DNA of 63,538 nt, filler included, from Craspedostauros australis (GCA_030167865.1; 11 parts of 11 records of this genome joined end to end with filler, not necessarily neighbours in it), one strand, 5' to 3'; positions 10,601 through 22,344 are shown, counted from the whole stretch's first letter. Program-made: numbers and translations. The notes: generated by a model not told the origin, from the sequence alone.

Positions 10601-11836
10601 AGAGGAGATCAAAGAGAGGCCGAACGCGCCGCCGATCTCGCCAAGAAGATCCTCGCGAAGTGGAACGACCGATTCGTCGAGGCTTCGGTGGACGTCATCA
10701 GCGGTCTCAGCATCTACGGCTGGAGTCGACCAGCGGCTCTGATCGTGGAGCGGTTGCACCAAGGCTTCTCGTCGTGCATGCGGCATGGCGAGTTCCTCAT
10801 GGGCTTCGATTGCTGGTCTTCCTGCAACGTGTTCGTGGAGTGGGAAGGCTATCCCGTCAGTCATCTCCACCAGTCCTACGAATCGATGTTCGATCAGATG
10901 GCGCTCTACAAGGTGTCATCCCACCTCTCACGACACGAGCAGCACGCCAGGTCGTCGGCGATCCTTGCTGGAGAACGGCCTTTGGACTGGCTTGAGACGG
11001 CCCGATATGCCGAAGGTACGAAGATTACGAAAGATAACGCGCTCACGGTGAAGGCTGGGTATTGGGGCAGGATGCACCTCGCCATATTCTTCCAGAAGCC
11101 TGAGGTTGCCAAGACGCTGTTCGATCGGCTGGACCACAGGTTCCCCGTCGAGCCCGTGCACCAGTTCCGTTCTACCATGGCGCTGTACGCCGGCATGATG
11201 GCAGCAGGGCTGTACCAGCGGACGAAGCGCCTCAAGTACAAACGACTGCTGAGGCGGATGTACAAGACCAGCGAGCAGTTCTGCAACACGCGAGGAGAAT
11301 GCACTAGGAATCGCTGTTTGATTCTTCGGGCCGAATGCCTCGTCGCCAAAGCGGCTGGCGTCCGAACCGTCACGCGTGCGTACGACGTTGCCATCTTCGT
11401 TTCTGATCAGATCGGGCACGTCCATGAGGTGGCGTTAGCGTGCGAACGCTGTGCCGAGTTCTTGATCGGCATGGGGGAAAGACGAGGTGCCATCACCTAC
11501 ATGTCCAGGGCATACGCGTACTACTCGAGATGGGGCGCCGTTGCGAAGCTTGATGATCTGAAGCAACGGCGAAGCAAGTACGTCGATCGGAACCAGGCAC
11601 AACCCGTCATTCCCGTCAGCGACGGAGAATTCGATGTCGTCGTCCTGCCATCGCATCTCCACACAGCCCACAACGCCATCCGCTTGGACTTTGGTGGTTG
11701 CGGACATACCGTCATGGGAGGCAGCGTTGCTGTAGAAACAGCTGCGCCCAGCGGCACTTCGTCATCGGCAGGAGGCAGCGGTCAGGACGGAAGCACGGAG
11801 GATGATAACGTTTCGGTTCTAACGGACATAGAATAG
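7688..11836 (+). CDS. STAND-like AAA ATPase (AAA_16 type) with long helical/TPR-like C-terminus; related to the ATPase core of cyanobacterial Ser/Thr-kinase-ATPase-His-kinase proteins
   Basis: Motifs: FFGRSHELRQL, Walker A GLSGTGKS (8165-8188), Walker B LVMFLDDLQWS, IGAIR, RTNGNIFFLLQLL, FRFAHDRIQQAA and terminal YSRWGAVAKL. Intronless. First in-frame ATG is at 7688. Confidence 0.85.
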   Translation: MNATAMDKTERSTHSTAAPIQYTSTMPTPLTHPQPQPRASNATSQAKSRVSFTSGNDFYDDGYSETELNAQIHCKLDFRNTSFFGRSHELRQLNDAFDGIVWRSSKRNSQGRGRHQKEKREGKKSASDNDDRVVPKGPKADSSPGFGSGGSGLPAAFLWGLSGTGKSRLVKQFATSLHYAADGRRAKVKSSGNGGSNVNPGTVNSIKTVEEHPQPKKRAYIIQGKNDENTGSKDPFSAIIQALNDFCRQVADETKAERRRIAKIIRHSMNGEVQTLTTMVPSISFLLNADLPQAEDGGKDNTGPWSAAPTVQPRGSAQSTTSAYSSEEVDEMIRSSDKAWNQLRYVFGSFIKAIATKKRPLVMFLDDLQWSSQVALDLLSTLLQDKGLKSFLFIGAIRQEINPHTDQPLELEATSPLSNMFDRLHASQHQLPTESPQLEQAGSWPRPPEQRETGFWTNIHLGNMTQDDIGSWLSQLLDREVDELRPLTVKLHNRTNGNIFFLLQLLEELERTNAIAYSRISFQWEWHLPDEDSLDSNDLGMSNPKAPRRQKSAFASASNIVQLMVMKLNNQPAELRTALIIASYIRFSFDFDLLMSVLSEESAHQPFVHGFAFAACNGNSGQHAGTRMELTTASIATSKRRSALLDSLEQAVLDGLLSNTVGSQTFRFAHDRIQQAALSLVPFGETRSKLKQRIGMHMWNLYCQQNGLPFASIAESAPIGAAATPTEPPNDEATPTIDTSLLFVAADHLNSVPTKDHLFSMQLNVEVGEQASKIAATAPSAVYLQLAHNAFRKLRNPWGDHFDLSLRLHQLRTDAELTLGRFQLGFDLGHVVLEKAAGINEKIPVYCSMAEAYGRQDKQDLSMKVSRSALLLLGEYPKRAYAVHAVSNLLFLRSYLGRHTDEQILSLPALQEKSKRISARLLIQVWIRALVAQNIPECLLAPTKIARMSIKNGLCAESAFGFVNYGLVAAIRGDQREAERAADLAKKILAKWNDRFVEASVDVISGLSIYGWSRPAALIVERLHQGFSSCMRHGEFLMGFDCWSSCNVFVEWEGYPVSHLHQSYESMFDQMALYKVSSHLSRHEQHARSSAILAGERPLDWLETARYAEGTKITKDNALTVKAGYWGRMHLAIFFQKPEVAKTLFDRLDHRFPVEPVHQFRSTMALYAGMMAAGLYQRTKRLKYKRLLRRMYKTSEQFCNTRGECTRNRCLILRAECLVAKAAGVRTVTRAYDVAIFVSDQIGHVHEVALACERCAEFLIGMGERRGAITYMSRAYAYYSRWGAVAKLDDLKQRRSKYVDRNQAQPVIPVSDGEFDVVVLPSHLHTAHNAIRLDFGGCGHTVMGGSVAVETAAPSGTSSSAGGSGQDGSTEDDNVSVLTDIE

Positions 11837-11995
11837 CTCGTAGCGTAGAACAGAAAGAGTAAAATGGCAGTATTGGCCCTTGCCTTGACGAAAAGCCAAA
11901 TCATTCAGGTGCGAACAAACGGAATGAGTACTTCGTCGAGTATGCGGAGTCCACGTTGTTGAGCAGAGCGTAGAGTAGCGTTCTGTCTGATCCCT

Positions 11996-13282
11996 CTACG
12001 CCTTCTTCACTGCCTCGATGATAAACATGGGGTCCCTGTATCCACCGTCCGGGAGGTCCGCAGAAATGTCGAATGCCTTGCGCTCCTCAAATCCACCTGC
12101 GTACTGCAGAAAGCCATTGATGAGTTCCAAGTGTTGACGGTCATTCATCTTGAGCCACATGGCGATGGCCTTGGACGGAAAGCATCGGTTGCTTTGCGAG
12201 ATGATGACCTTTCCGCCAGGCCGCAGGACCCGGTTGACTTCCTTCAGCACTTCGACCGGGTTGACGAGATAGTCGATGGACACGACGCACGTGACGACAT
12301 CGAAGCTGCTGTCGGGATACGGAAGCTTGGCATCGTCGTTGAGGTCCTTCTGCTTGAATCCGCCCGTGAGCTGGTCATTGAACTGCATCTCCAACGAGTT
12401 CATGCCAGTTGCGCAGATCTTGCCCATCGTCTTTGGGAATTCCAATGGATAATGCGACACCCACGAACTGCAGATGTCCAAGATGTCGGACCTTGGCTTG
12501 ATATTGTTCCTGTAGTATTGCGTCAGCGAGCATACTGCTGGCTCATCCTGTCGACGTCGTGGAAATGATTGGGATGGTGTATCGATTCAGAGGAGTTGTT
12601 GATTTCGTATGGCAAACGGAAGGCACGAGAGTGCGGGAGCGCAAGTGGAGTGTAATGCAATGCAATGCGTTAGTTGATTGTCGGATGGAGTGAGCAGGTT
12701 GACATCTGCATTCAGTTGGCGCTGAGCTTCAAGGCACTATTCCCACCATGCTCGCACACTAGCGACGAGGCGAGTTTACGAATCAGCAAATGCTCCTGGA
12801 GAAATTGAACTCACAATGTGGTAAACGAGCCTGGGCACCGTGTAGAAGTTGACATCGTTTCCGGAATCGGCGCGGAAAAAGTCTTCCGGTTTGAACGGCG
12901 GCGTCTCCGGCCAAGTGGACACCAACCGAACAGGCTTGACCGGAAAGGAGTACGGCGTGCTGTCTCCCGTGAAGCGGCGCACCAGAACCCCTCTCGTGCG
13001 TGGATTGCCCTTCGAGTCTTCCCCGAACTTCATCTGGAGCTCCTCCTCGATGTATCTCGGGTTGGCTTGGCTTGCGGATGCCGGACCGGCGGCCTCGCAC
13101 TTCCCGGGTTCCGCCGCCATGACCGCTGCGGAGGTGAGGAACGTGGCGGCGCTTGCCGACAAGAACCGCGCCCGCGTGGATGCTGCCGACGGTCCAGCTC
13201 CGGAGGCTGAATTGCCGGAGAGATGCAAGGATCTGACAGCCGCCGGTGCCAAGAGCAGAGCTGAGGAGAGGAATCGCTTCAT
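11996..13282 (-). CDS. SAM-dependent methyltransferase (type 11-like), probably plastid-targeted; exons 13282-12815 and 12547-11996
   Basis: A GTGAG...CAG intron (12814-12548) joins FYTVPRLVYHI to DEPAVCSLTQYY. Motifs LDICSSWVSH, DSSFDVVTCVVSIDYL, RVLRPGG and SNRCFPSKA. N-terminal signal-like MKRFLSSALLLAPAAVRSL. Confidence 0.88.
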
Positions 13283-15740
13283 CGTGGTTGATGGCTCGGT
13301 TGCTTCTTCTTTGAGGTGTTCGATGCTCTTGCTTGAGATGGTTGTTGCTGCAAGCAAAGGTGGCGGGAGACACGGAGACGAAGACGGCAAGATGCCAATA
13401 CGTTGGTCGTAGTAGTACTGTGCGGCCTCTCACGCAATCTTCCACCCATCATCGTCGCGGCAACGGCGCCAAGACCTGTTGCGTCTCTTGGCCATCCAAC
13501 GAAACGAAACGAAACGCAACACGATGAAGATCTTGGAAACTGTCGATGACGCAGAAATCCGAAACAGTCAGAACAAGATCGTGGATTTCAATGTGGTCGT
13601 CTTAGTCCAACACGAGACCAAAGGTACCAGAACGACGTGGAGTGTCCCGCTTGGGCTCTAATCGGAGAATCATGTTCCGTCTTCGTCTGCGTACTCGGCA
13701 CCACCAACTTCGCAAAAGGCACACTCCACACCAAAATGCGCAGGTCACGAATGATACTCCTTTGCCATTGCCAGACATTCCGCCGAAGACAAGAGTTGCG
13801 GTAACGGTTGCCAACATCGTCGCCTCGCCCTCTCGCAAATTGCCGCGCCACATCATTTGACAAGGGTCAACGACCCGTACTACGACCTATTCTTTGAACG
13901 AAGTTGCCCCTCCCACAACACCCCACCATGTGTTCAGCAGATGGAAGAGATGTTGAAACATGGTCCTCTCCTTGTTTGGGTGCGTCTTTGTGTGCGTGTT
14001 CGTTTCTGTTTCTGTGCAGCACTCCCGATGACTATCACCTCCTGCTTACCGTTGCCCTGTTTCAGTTTTGCCCTAACGGGGACTTTCCGTTTGTTTGTCT
14101 GTGCTCCACCCGCATTTGGTACCTCATACTTCGAGCATTGTTCATTCCCTGCTGCGCATTGTGCGTTGTGCATTGAAAGGCGACGCGCCGAGACCAGGAC
14201 AGTCGGGCGTTTTGTTTCCTTTTTCGAACTCTCTCTGGAGATCGGCGGCACATGCGCGACATACGACCTACCACCTACGACCTACTCGTAAGTCGTACGT
14301 TGCGGTAGCATCCTACCACAAGCGAAGTCGATCAGACAGAAACGCAACCCCAAATCATCAGATTGGCAAATGGTAAGATGATCAGATTGTCGAACCGGCG
14401 ATCCAGATCACTGGCGAAGTTTTGATTTCAGGATCCGTTGTCGTGAACTTGTTCCTCACTTCGTGTGCACGTGGTCGCGACCGAAACGATGGCGACGTGG
14501 TTGTGTTTCATGGCTTGCGGATGCGGATGCAACGCTGTCGGCGATTTCCAGATCCAGACATTCTTTATTGTTTCCAGTTATGAAACGCGGGTGATGGGGC
14601 ACTTCGAAGTTGTCAGCTGTTGGGGAGGCGCAATCAAACACAAACATCACAACGCCTACGGTGTCCGAGAGGTGCGATGAGCGACAGAACGCCGACAACT
14701 GCCTGCCTCTGTCTGTACGAGCCATGGTACGCCCCTTGGTTGATTGCGAATGAATACGATGATGTTAGCGCACTCGTAGCTTGAATACGGTACCATACAG
14801 GATGAGTACAGCTACTGTCTCCACGCACTATGCTATCGTTCATACCATGCCTACATACGGACGTGGCTGTGACTACTCGTACATATCTGTCCCCTTCACT
14901 CAGCAGACTACTCGATTTGATATGCGGAGGGGAGCAATCTGCAAAAGAGATGATGTGGAACAAGTCGTTTTTCTTCCACAACAGTGCACCAAAGGAGTTT
15001 CCAAAGCCTATCAATTATGGAACACTATAGGTGCTTAAGTACCCGTTTCGTCCACCTTTCTGAACGTCCCTTACGGCTATTGGTGGTTCATTCCGATGGC
15101 AACACAGATCGGAAATTTCAGCTTGCATGGTTCTGCTTCGTCGAACATTCCCGTGACATCGGCAACTCCGCCAGACCCCGCAAGCTGTTGTTCCTCTGGG
15201 ACATTCCTCAACTCCGTCAGGCACCTCGAACCGCCGGATAAAAACAAAAACCACTGCCGGCGTTCGTCAGATGTTGACGCCTCCCTCTCGCACCGAGGTT
15301 CCAATCAACCACTGGAGCACTGAGGATTGGATCTTCGAATCTCACGCATGCGGACATCCATCCATCCCATGGCACACGTGCACGTATGCTGACCAAAACC
15401 AAATCTGTCGGTTGTTCCTGGCATCGCTCTTACCGAGGCAACACGCTGTTTGCATTTGCGCTTGCACTTGCAGCTACGTCTGCATCTGCATCTGCACCTA
15501 CATCTGCACTCCCTCTTCATTCCACACATTCCCATCGCTTCTCAATCACACTTAAACCCAGGCCCGCTTTAATTCTCGCTCAAGGTCTTGGTCTTGTTGC
15601 TGCGTCGGGGGCTGCGATTGCCGAGTCCCTGCTGCGATCATCCAGAGCGCTGATCGCAGACATAGGTAAACCCACAAGTCCGTCACTATCATCGTCACTA
15701 TCATCGTCCTCGCGGAGCCTTGCCGCTCTGCCGTTTGCTC

Positions 15741-16343
15741 ATGAATGAAGAACGAGAGCTCCTGCTCCCGATCAACTTCGTGCCAGGGCTGAGGCACGTA
15801 ATCTGCGCCCGTGGCACCTTCTACGCAGACCATGATGGCAATCAGCTCTACCGGCAGATCATCCAGCAGGCCACACCGTACTACGCAAATGCGGTCAACA
15901 AGAACGACAAGACCAAGGTCGTCTCGTTCGTCATCAACTCCATCCGAGGTGCCGATGGTTCGGGAGGATTCATCAAGAGATCGTCCGACGGCAGGCATTG
16001 GTTGGAGTGCACCAACGAATTCGCTCGAGAGAAAGTCGGGCAGAGCCTGCGCAACGGACTGCATTCCATCTACAAGTCCAGCACAAAGCTCAAAAAGCAA
16101 CGATCCAAAGAGTTGAAGGATCGACAGAGCTCCAGTTTGGAATCCGTCGTTCAGGGTTTGAACTACGTCAGACGAGAGATATACTGCATGTCAAAGCGAT
16201 TACGAACGCAGCAACCCTCCAATGACGAGGAGTACAGCGAGATATTCCTCGAAGGTAACCAGCGCATCCTCGAAGGTTTGAAGGCTGACAAGTCTCTGCA
16301 GGCCCAATACAAGAAGATATACGGGCAACGAAGCCAACGGTGA
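15741..16343 (+). CDS. DUF6824-type diatom protein
   Basis: VICARG...HDGNQLYR...Y...K..KTKVV...GGFIK...W...AREKVGQSLRN...YKSS matches the pattern of this diatom-expanded family. Confidence 0.8.
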   Translation: MNEERELLLPINFVPGLRHVICARGTFYADHDGNQLYRQIIQQATPYYANAVNKNDKTKVVSFVINSIRGADGSGGFIKRSSDGRHWLECTNEFAREKVGQSLRNGLHSIYKSSTKLKKQRSKELKDRQSSSLESVVQGLNYVRREIYCMSKRLRTQQPSNDEEYSEIFLEGNQRILEGLKADKSLQAQYKKIYGQRSQR

Positions 16344-18876
16344 AGCAACTGTTGAAGCAGCAGCATATTACCACACCCGTATCCACTTCGACGGTATGCC
16401 AAATGCGGCGACATGCTATTCCATAGGCGAGAATTCATCCTGGAATGGTCAAGAAGTGAAGCAGCGCGACTCTCTCTCGCTCGCTCTCTCCCTCACCTCC
16501 AAGACGCCATGCCTTCAACAGACGCGCAAGGGCCTCGTTAACATTCATCCACTACCCACCATCCACCGACCATTCAATGCATCGCATCGCAAGAGCACAT
16601 TCGCGAACGTTGGAAGGCGGCGTAAAGGATGCACACAACCCCCCACGCCGAGTTGTAGATACACCTGGTACACAATGCACCATGTACCATGTACCATGTA
16701 CCGTGCATCATGCCAACGTCCATGGCCATGGAAAATGGCAGCAACTCCAATCCTTCCAGAAAAGGAGGAGCGAACAAGATGGACCTTCCAAGATGAAGAA
16801 CACGTTCAAACCGCAGCATGCCTGCCAACGGATCATTAATCAAAGGATTCAACCGGCGTCCACAAGACCACACCCGGCAAGCCACATGTACCCACGTGCA
16901 TCCACATGCAGCCATGCATTCATAGATGTATACGGATATGAGCGGTGGCGGTCTTACTCGCGCCCCATGCGCAAAGTTAGAGCCGAAGAGCATATGGGCA
17001 AGTGTGACATATACTTACCCGCCAAAACCCGCAGCCTCATGAGGGACCGTCCCATCTTGGCTTGTAGGAGCTGTACTGCTCAACGCAGAATTCAGCATGT
17101 CTCCTTGCCAGTACTTTCACCATCGCCATCATAATCGGGAACGTGATGCAGGTAGCCACACAAGAATCCATTCCTATCAGCATCGACGCATTTGTAGATG
17201 GTACCTGGCAGCCATACCCCCCACGCAGCAGCAGCAAAGAATGAAACAAATTGGCCAAGCAAGCAGGATGCGAACAAGCGTACTCCTAGTACGAGCATGC
17301 CAGTGGGCCAGAGTCATCACACCATCGTCAACGGTAGCTTTCCAATGCTCGTAGACGCAACGGAGTTAAAGCAACTACAACGAAGTAGTACATAACATAA
17401 AACATTAGAGAAAAGTAGAGTCCAGAAATCTTGTTCTTCGCTGCACTGTATCGCAAAACACTTCGGCCACATCCGGCCATAATGCCGCTGTAGACAAACG
17501 CAGGTGTACTGCTCTACTTGATCATCTTCGCACAGCGGAAGGTGCGAGCATCCCGTAGTTGACAACAAGTAGCATGGCATCGACTATACATTCCCAGTCC
17601 AGCTCAACAATGGAAAGCAAGCATGTTGGTTCTCTTGCGTGCTCCAATCTTCATAGTATTATATGATGAAGCTCCACCGATACGATTGACAGTGTTCTTG
17701 GTAAGCAGTACCAGCGTCTTCTTGCAAAGACTCGCATCAAGCATGATCATGATGATGCGCGTCCATGTATGGTATAGCACATGCGCTGAAAACGACGAAT
17801 ATGCCGGGTATCATACCAATAGTCAGAGCATGAAGAACGCCGTGCTTTCTGTCCTTTTCCATGGAGCTTCCGATAGAATCGATCTCACTTGCATAGCTAT
17901 CCAAACAGCGAGAGTATTCGCACGAAGAGCTGAACGGCGCGACGTTTGGTCATCGGTCGTTCTGACATGTTGTTGAATCCGAGCAGAAGCGCATCAGGTG
18001 CTCAATGTGCGTTGGGGCAATGGTGCTGTACAAGCCAGAGTAGCTCGCAGGTACTCGCATTGGTACGCAAGGCAGAGGCACAGCTCTCCCCTCCAGAAAA
18101 TAAGAACATTGGAAACAGCGCCACGACGGGTCTCGTTGGCACTTTCCGCAGCCTCGCACCCAGTTGACATGTATTCAGTCTGTATGGTGCCCGCGAGCCA
18201 CACCTGAGACTGGTACACCGCGATTTGCGTCTTCAACAATATTCTCGGGCACTTGTACTCTAATTGACATGGTATTATACATACCATTTGTGCTTCAACA
18301 AGCCCATTCACCTCTCTGAGGTGGTCGCTTCGTCGCCAGTTGCAACCGGCAACCCAAAACAACGCGTACAAGACACCACGAAATAGATCAAATCAAGAGG
18401 GGACGCTGTCCGGAGCCGAAGGCTGAAGGGCTGCGGGTCTCGTGTGATTCTTCGAAACGTGAGCCTTTCGATGTGATATCGCCTCACTTGATCAATCCGC
18501 ACACCAGTATCTTGCATTCGTCTCGCACCAGTACCAGGAAGAGAGGCGTTAGCAATACTATCCGCGATCCGAGTGCTAAGTTGCGACAGTCGGTCCAACG
18601 AGCGAACATGACACGTCATTTGCCGAACACAACTATTCGTGCTCGTACTCTTGCATCAGTGCACCACGATGGTGGGAATGTTTGGATTACACGTGCATCA
18701 TTGTACCATGCACGAACCAAGGCATGGCACCGCCATCACGCGGTAACCTTTGGAGGTGACATACACACCATGCACATCGATTTGGAACGAGAGAGAGAGA
18801 GAGAGAGAGACAGAGGTCCAGGTGACCATGGCATGAATACATGCGAGTACTCGATTACTCGATTCTCTCGTGAGGA

Positions 18877-20718
18877 CTACAGTTCAGGGTGTTTGTCATC
18901 ATCTTCATTATCCTCGGAGTTGGCGTCGTCGTGGGCCACACCGCCACCTTTGCTGACACTGCCATCGCCCTCCATCCCAAGCACCTCGCTCGCTGTGCCG
19001 TCTTCGTATTGCTGTTCGTCGTCACCACCATCTGCAATCAACGCCTCGGTGGCCTCCCGAAGTTGCTTGCGCTGCTTCGAAATGATGGTACTGTACTCGA
19101 TGGAATCGAACAAGAGACCCAGCCCGCGCTGGAAGATCGATCTGCGCCATTTGGTGGAGGACGGGTAGAAGGCGCGCTGCATCAAGAGTCGGCCGAACTC
19201 GTGCTGGTCGGGATCGGAGGAATGATGATGGATGGCGTTTTCCAAAATCAAGCTGCGACCGACAAGAACTGGTGGCAGCGTGCCGAACTCTTGGTTCGTG
19301 AAGATGTTCGGCAACATTGGCGGGTGCGCTGAAATATATTTCTGAACGCCGTCGGAAGTGCGCTGCTCCGTGTTATCGTCGTTCTCGTCCTCCATCGTTG
19401 CAGTCTTCTTGCGATACTGCCGCTGCGCGAGCTCCTGCACGACCATGCCTTGTGTGAGATCGTAACCGGCGGATGCATCAGATTGCATTCCGATTTCATC
19501 CTCGGATGCCGCAGCGGATTCCGACAGCGAGATGACGTCCCTGTAGACGATGTCGAAGGCAGATGCGAACAAACGTCGCCTGCCCTCCTTGTTGCTTCTG
19601 GATTCGGAAAGGATGTGATCCATGACGTGAGAGGAAGCAACGCTTTGATGCGCCTCTCCTCTCTCGTCATCGCCATCGCCATCGCCATCGTCATCGCCAC
19701 TGTCCTCGTCGACCGTTCCGACTTCCTTCTCGGCGCCAGCTTCATGATGCTCATCGGGGTGCGCTGTCTGAGGAGCAGAACTCATCATGAGCGTGTCTTT
19801 CCCGAACGGACCGAGCCCTGTGTGCACATCGACCCACACGGCCGCGTCGTCGAGGATTGATGTATCGGACTCGACCAGTTGAAATAGCTTCCGCAGGGAC
19901 TGCTGCAAATCTCTGCCACCATAAAAGCAGCCAGAAGGATGATGGTACTGCCCCGCGACCATGGCGCGCTTGATGGCGAGGAGCCCGTGCTTGGATATGT
20001 TGCGAACAGCGGTGATCCAGTATCCCAAGGTTTCGTCCCAGAGCGACGGCGCATGCTGCGGGCTGATCAGCGGTCGAAAACCGTCGTAGTTCGCGATATT
20101 CTCTGGGCGCTCGTCGAGGAACTTGGGAAAGTCGGTGATAGCATTGCGGTTCAGATCGACGTTGTTTTCGTTCACGCGGCGGTAGTGCTTCATGCCATAC
20201 GGGTTGACGGCGTGCACGAAGACGAAGGTTGGCATGGCGTTGTCATTATCTGCTTGCTGTTGCTGGTGTTGCTGGTGTTGCTGGCGTTGCTGGTGGCGGT
20301 GGTGCTGATACCAGTGAAGGAATGCGAGTTGGATGGCGCTGCCGGAGTACCCTTCCACCCCGTGCATTCCGGAGCTATGCACGATGGTTGCGTCATTATC
20401 TCCAGGTAGAATGGCAACATCGATCGTGAGGTCGTCATTGTCATTGTCATCAAGCACGATGGTCCTGAGCTCCGCTGTCGGTATCGATTGCACCGCGGTT
20501 CGGAACTTCGCGCGCGCTTCCACGTAGCCCAACGAAAAGGCATCGCACGAAGTCATGCGGAAGTCGATCGCATCCAAAACGTGCGATGCATTGCGTTCGA
20601 AGAGCAGCATCGGATCATCGCTGCAGGTCGAGACCTCTGCGAATGATGACTGGCCGTACGCGAACCAAAAGGCGAGCGCGGCCACCACGATGCCACCCAA
20701 TAGTCCCAACAATGTCAT
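18877..20718 (-). CDS. DUF2817 / M14-like zinc carboxypeptidase-fold protein with N-terminal membrane anchor
   Basis: Motifs SGMHGVEG (HxxE), HAVNPYG, RRVNENNVDLNRN, DVHTGLG and QEFGT. Hydrophobic N-terminus; acidic low-complexity inserts. Confidence 0.85.
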   Translation of the reverse strand: MTLLGLLGGIVVAALAFWFAYGQSSFAEVSTCSDDPMLLFERNASHVLDAIDFRMTSCDAFSLGYVEARAKFRTAVQSIPTAELRTIVLDDNDNDDLTIDVAILPGDNDATIVHSSGMHGVEGYSGSAIQLAFLHWYQHHRHQQRQQHQQHQQQQADNDNAMPTFVFVHAVNPYGMKHYRRVNENNVDLNRNAITDFPKFLDERPENIANYDGFRPLISPQHAPSLWDETLGYWITAVRNISKHGLLAIKRAMVAGQYHHPSGCFYGGRDLQQSLRKLFQLVESDTSILDDAAVWVDVHTGLGPFGKDTLMMSSAPQTAHPDEHHEAGAEKEVGTVDEDSGDDDGDGDGDDERGEAHQSVASSHVMDHILSESRSNKEGRRRLFASAFDIVYRDVISLSESAAASEDEIGMQSDASAGYDLTQGMVVQELAQRQYRKKTATMEDENDDNTEQRTSDGVQKYISAHPPMLPNIFTNQEFGTLPPVLVGRSLILENAIHHHSSDPDQHEFGRLLMQRAFYPSSTKWRRSIFQRGLGLLFDSIEYSTIISKQRKQLREATEALIADGGDDEQQYEDGTASEVLGMEGDGSVSKGGGVAHDDANSEDNEDDDKHPEL

Positions 20719-22344
20719 GCTTGGCTGTGCAGCGATTGGTGCGTGCGCGCAATGTCGCTAAGCCCGCAAGGAAAGGCAGAAGCGGATCCGAGTATCGTGT
20801 TGTACGAGTATAGCTGCGGAGCGTGGGTTACGGAGTGTGCAGTGCAGAGTGTGGAGTGCAGAGTGTGGAATGTTGGTATGACTGTTTGCGCACGGGGATC
20901 AGCGATGGCAACAAGAGCAACAGCAACAGCAACGGTGAGAGGATGCGTATCCAGTTTGACCAGTTTGCGGCACGCGCACCTTCGAAAGGATTCGTTGTTC
21001 TGTTTTGTCGGTACCTCCAGTTGCCCAAATGAATCAAAAGCGGATTCATCCCGGTTTTTCGTCCATCAATTGTGCATCACATATCGCGTCTGTCATCGCA
21101 CATTTGTTTGGATGCGCGTCGAGTTTCCCTCCGACACGAACTGTCAAGGTCTCCAGACATTCCACCAACACCACAAGATCCAGCCCTTCCCTTTGTTGCA
21201 AATGTGCGGATGCGGTCGTCTGTTGCGACTACCACTACGCCCTTCACCCCAACCCTCACCGAGCACACATATGACCCGGGTCAGCGAGTCGACCAGCCGT
21301 TGGTAAAGTAGAGTGGCACTTTTTCTTCGATTACAACAGAACTAAGCATACCAACCTACTCAATATAGTCCCCATAGCAACAGGAAAATTACCAAGAATA
21401 TTAAATTTCCTATTTTAAGTTTATGGACCATCCAATATTTTGAATCGTTTGGGTCAAACGTCGCGTTCCACAATGTAGTTTTGCCGAAAGCTCTTTGCTA
21501 TTCTGAGTTAATAATGGAAGGTGTCCATTCACGTTAGTGTCTCCAGCTTTTTCCTTCCTCCTCGATCGCTTCGAACACGTTAAGACCCACTTGAGTGAAC
21601 GAAGGTGCAGTCGCGCCTAGTCGTGACTCAGATTTTCGTAAAATTTAACATGACATATAAAAACAAAATCTAGACCACCGTGCGATCTTATCCATATAAA
21701 AATGGTCTTCATCCGACCTTTGCTTCAAGAGTTATACACCCTTCTCTACCACGCACAACGCCGTGTTATTTTTCATCCTCAAATTTCGGAAATGGGTCTT
21801 GGTTGTTCGTGACTTAATATTTTTGATGGTGTCTTTTCGGTTAATTACGGTTATATTTTGGCGATATGCGCCTCGTCAGTGTTTCTTCCTATCGCAACGT
21901 CACTATCTTGATCTATTCATGATGGGCATTTCATTTCGCTATTCTCTGGTTTCCGCAGTTGGTTGTCTTGATTCTCCTGCAGCTTCTTGTGCATGCGAAT
22001 TGCCTTGTTCGTCACAGGCTACGTGCTCCTCGTCGCCATCCTGTTTGTCAACAACCCTCCATTGGTATCATCCATGCCATCGACAAAAAATAATCAGGGC
22101 GATCTATCCAATTCAACTATCATCTGAGTTTTTCAACTTGTTCATGAAGATGTACATCAACCATTCTGTTTTTGACGATGGCCACCCCAGACTGCACACA
22201 AAGGTACTACTCCTTTTTCATGACGGACATGGCGTTATCCGTCATGCATTCGATGGCCATGATGATGCTGACAGCGACGGTGGTGTTGATTGGGGCAGCA
22301 TTGACATAGACAGCCATGATGACGCCCAGGATAGCGTTGTCAGT

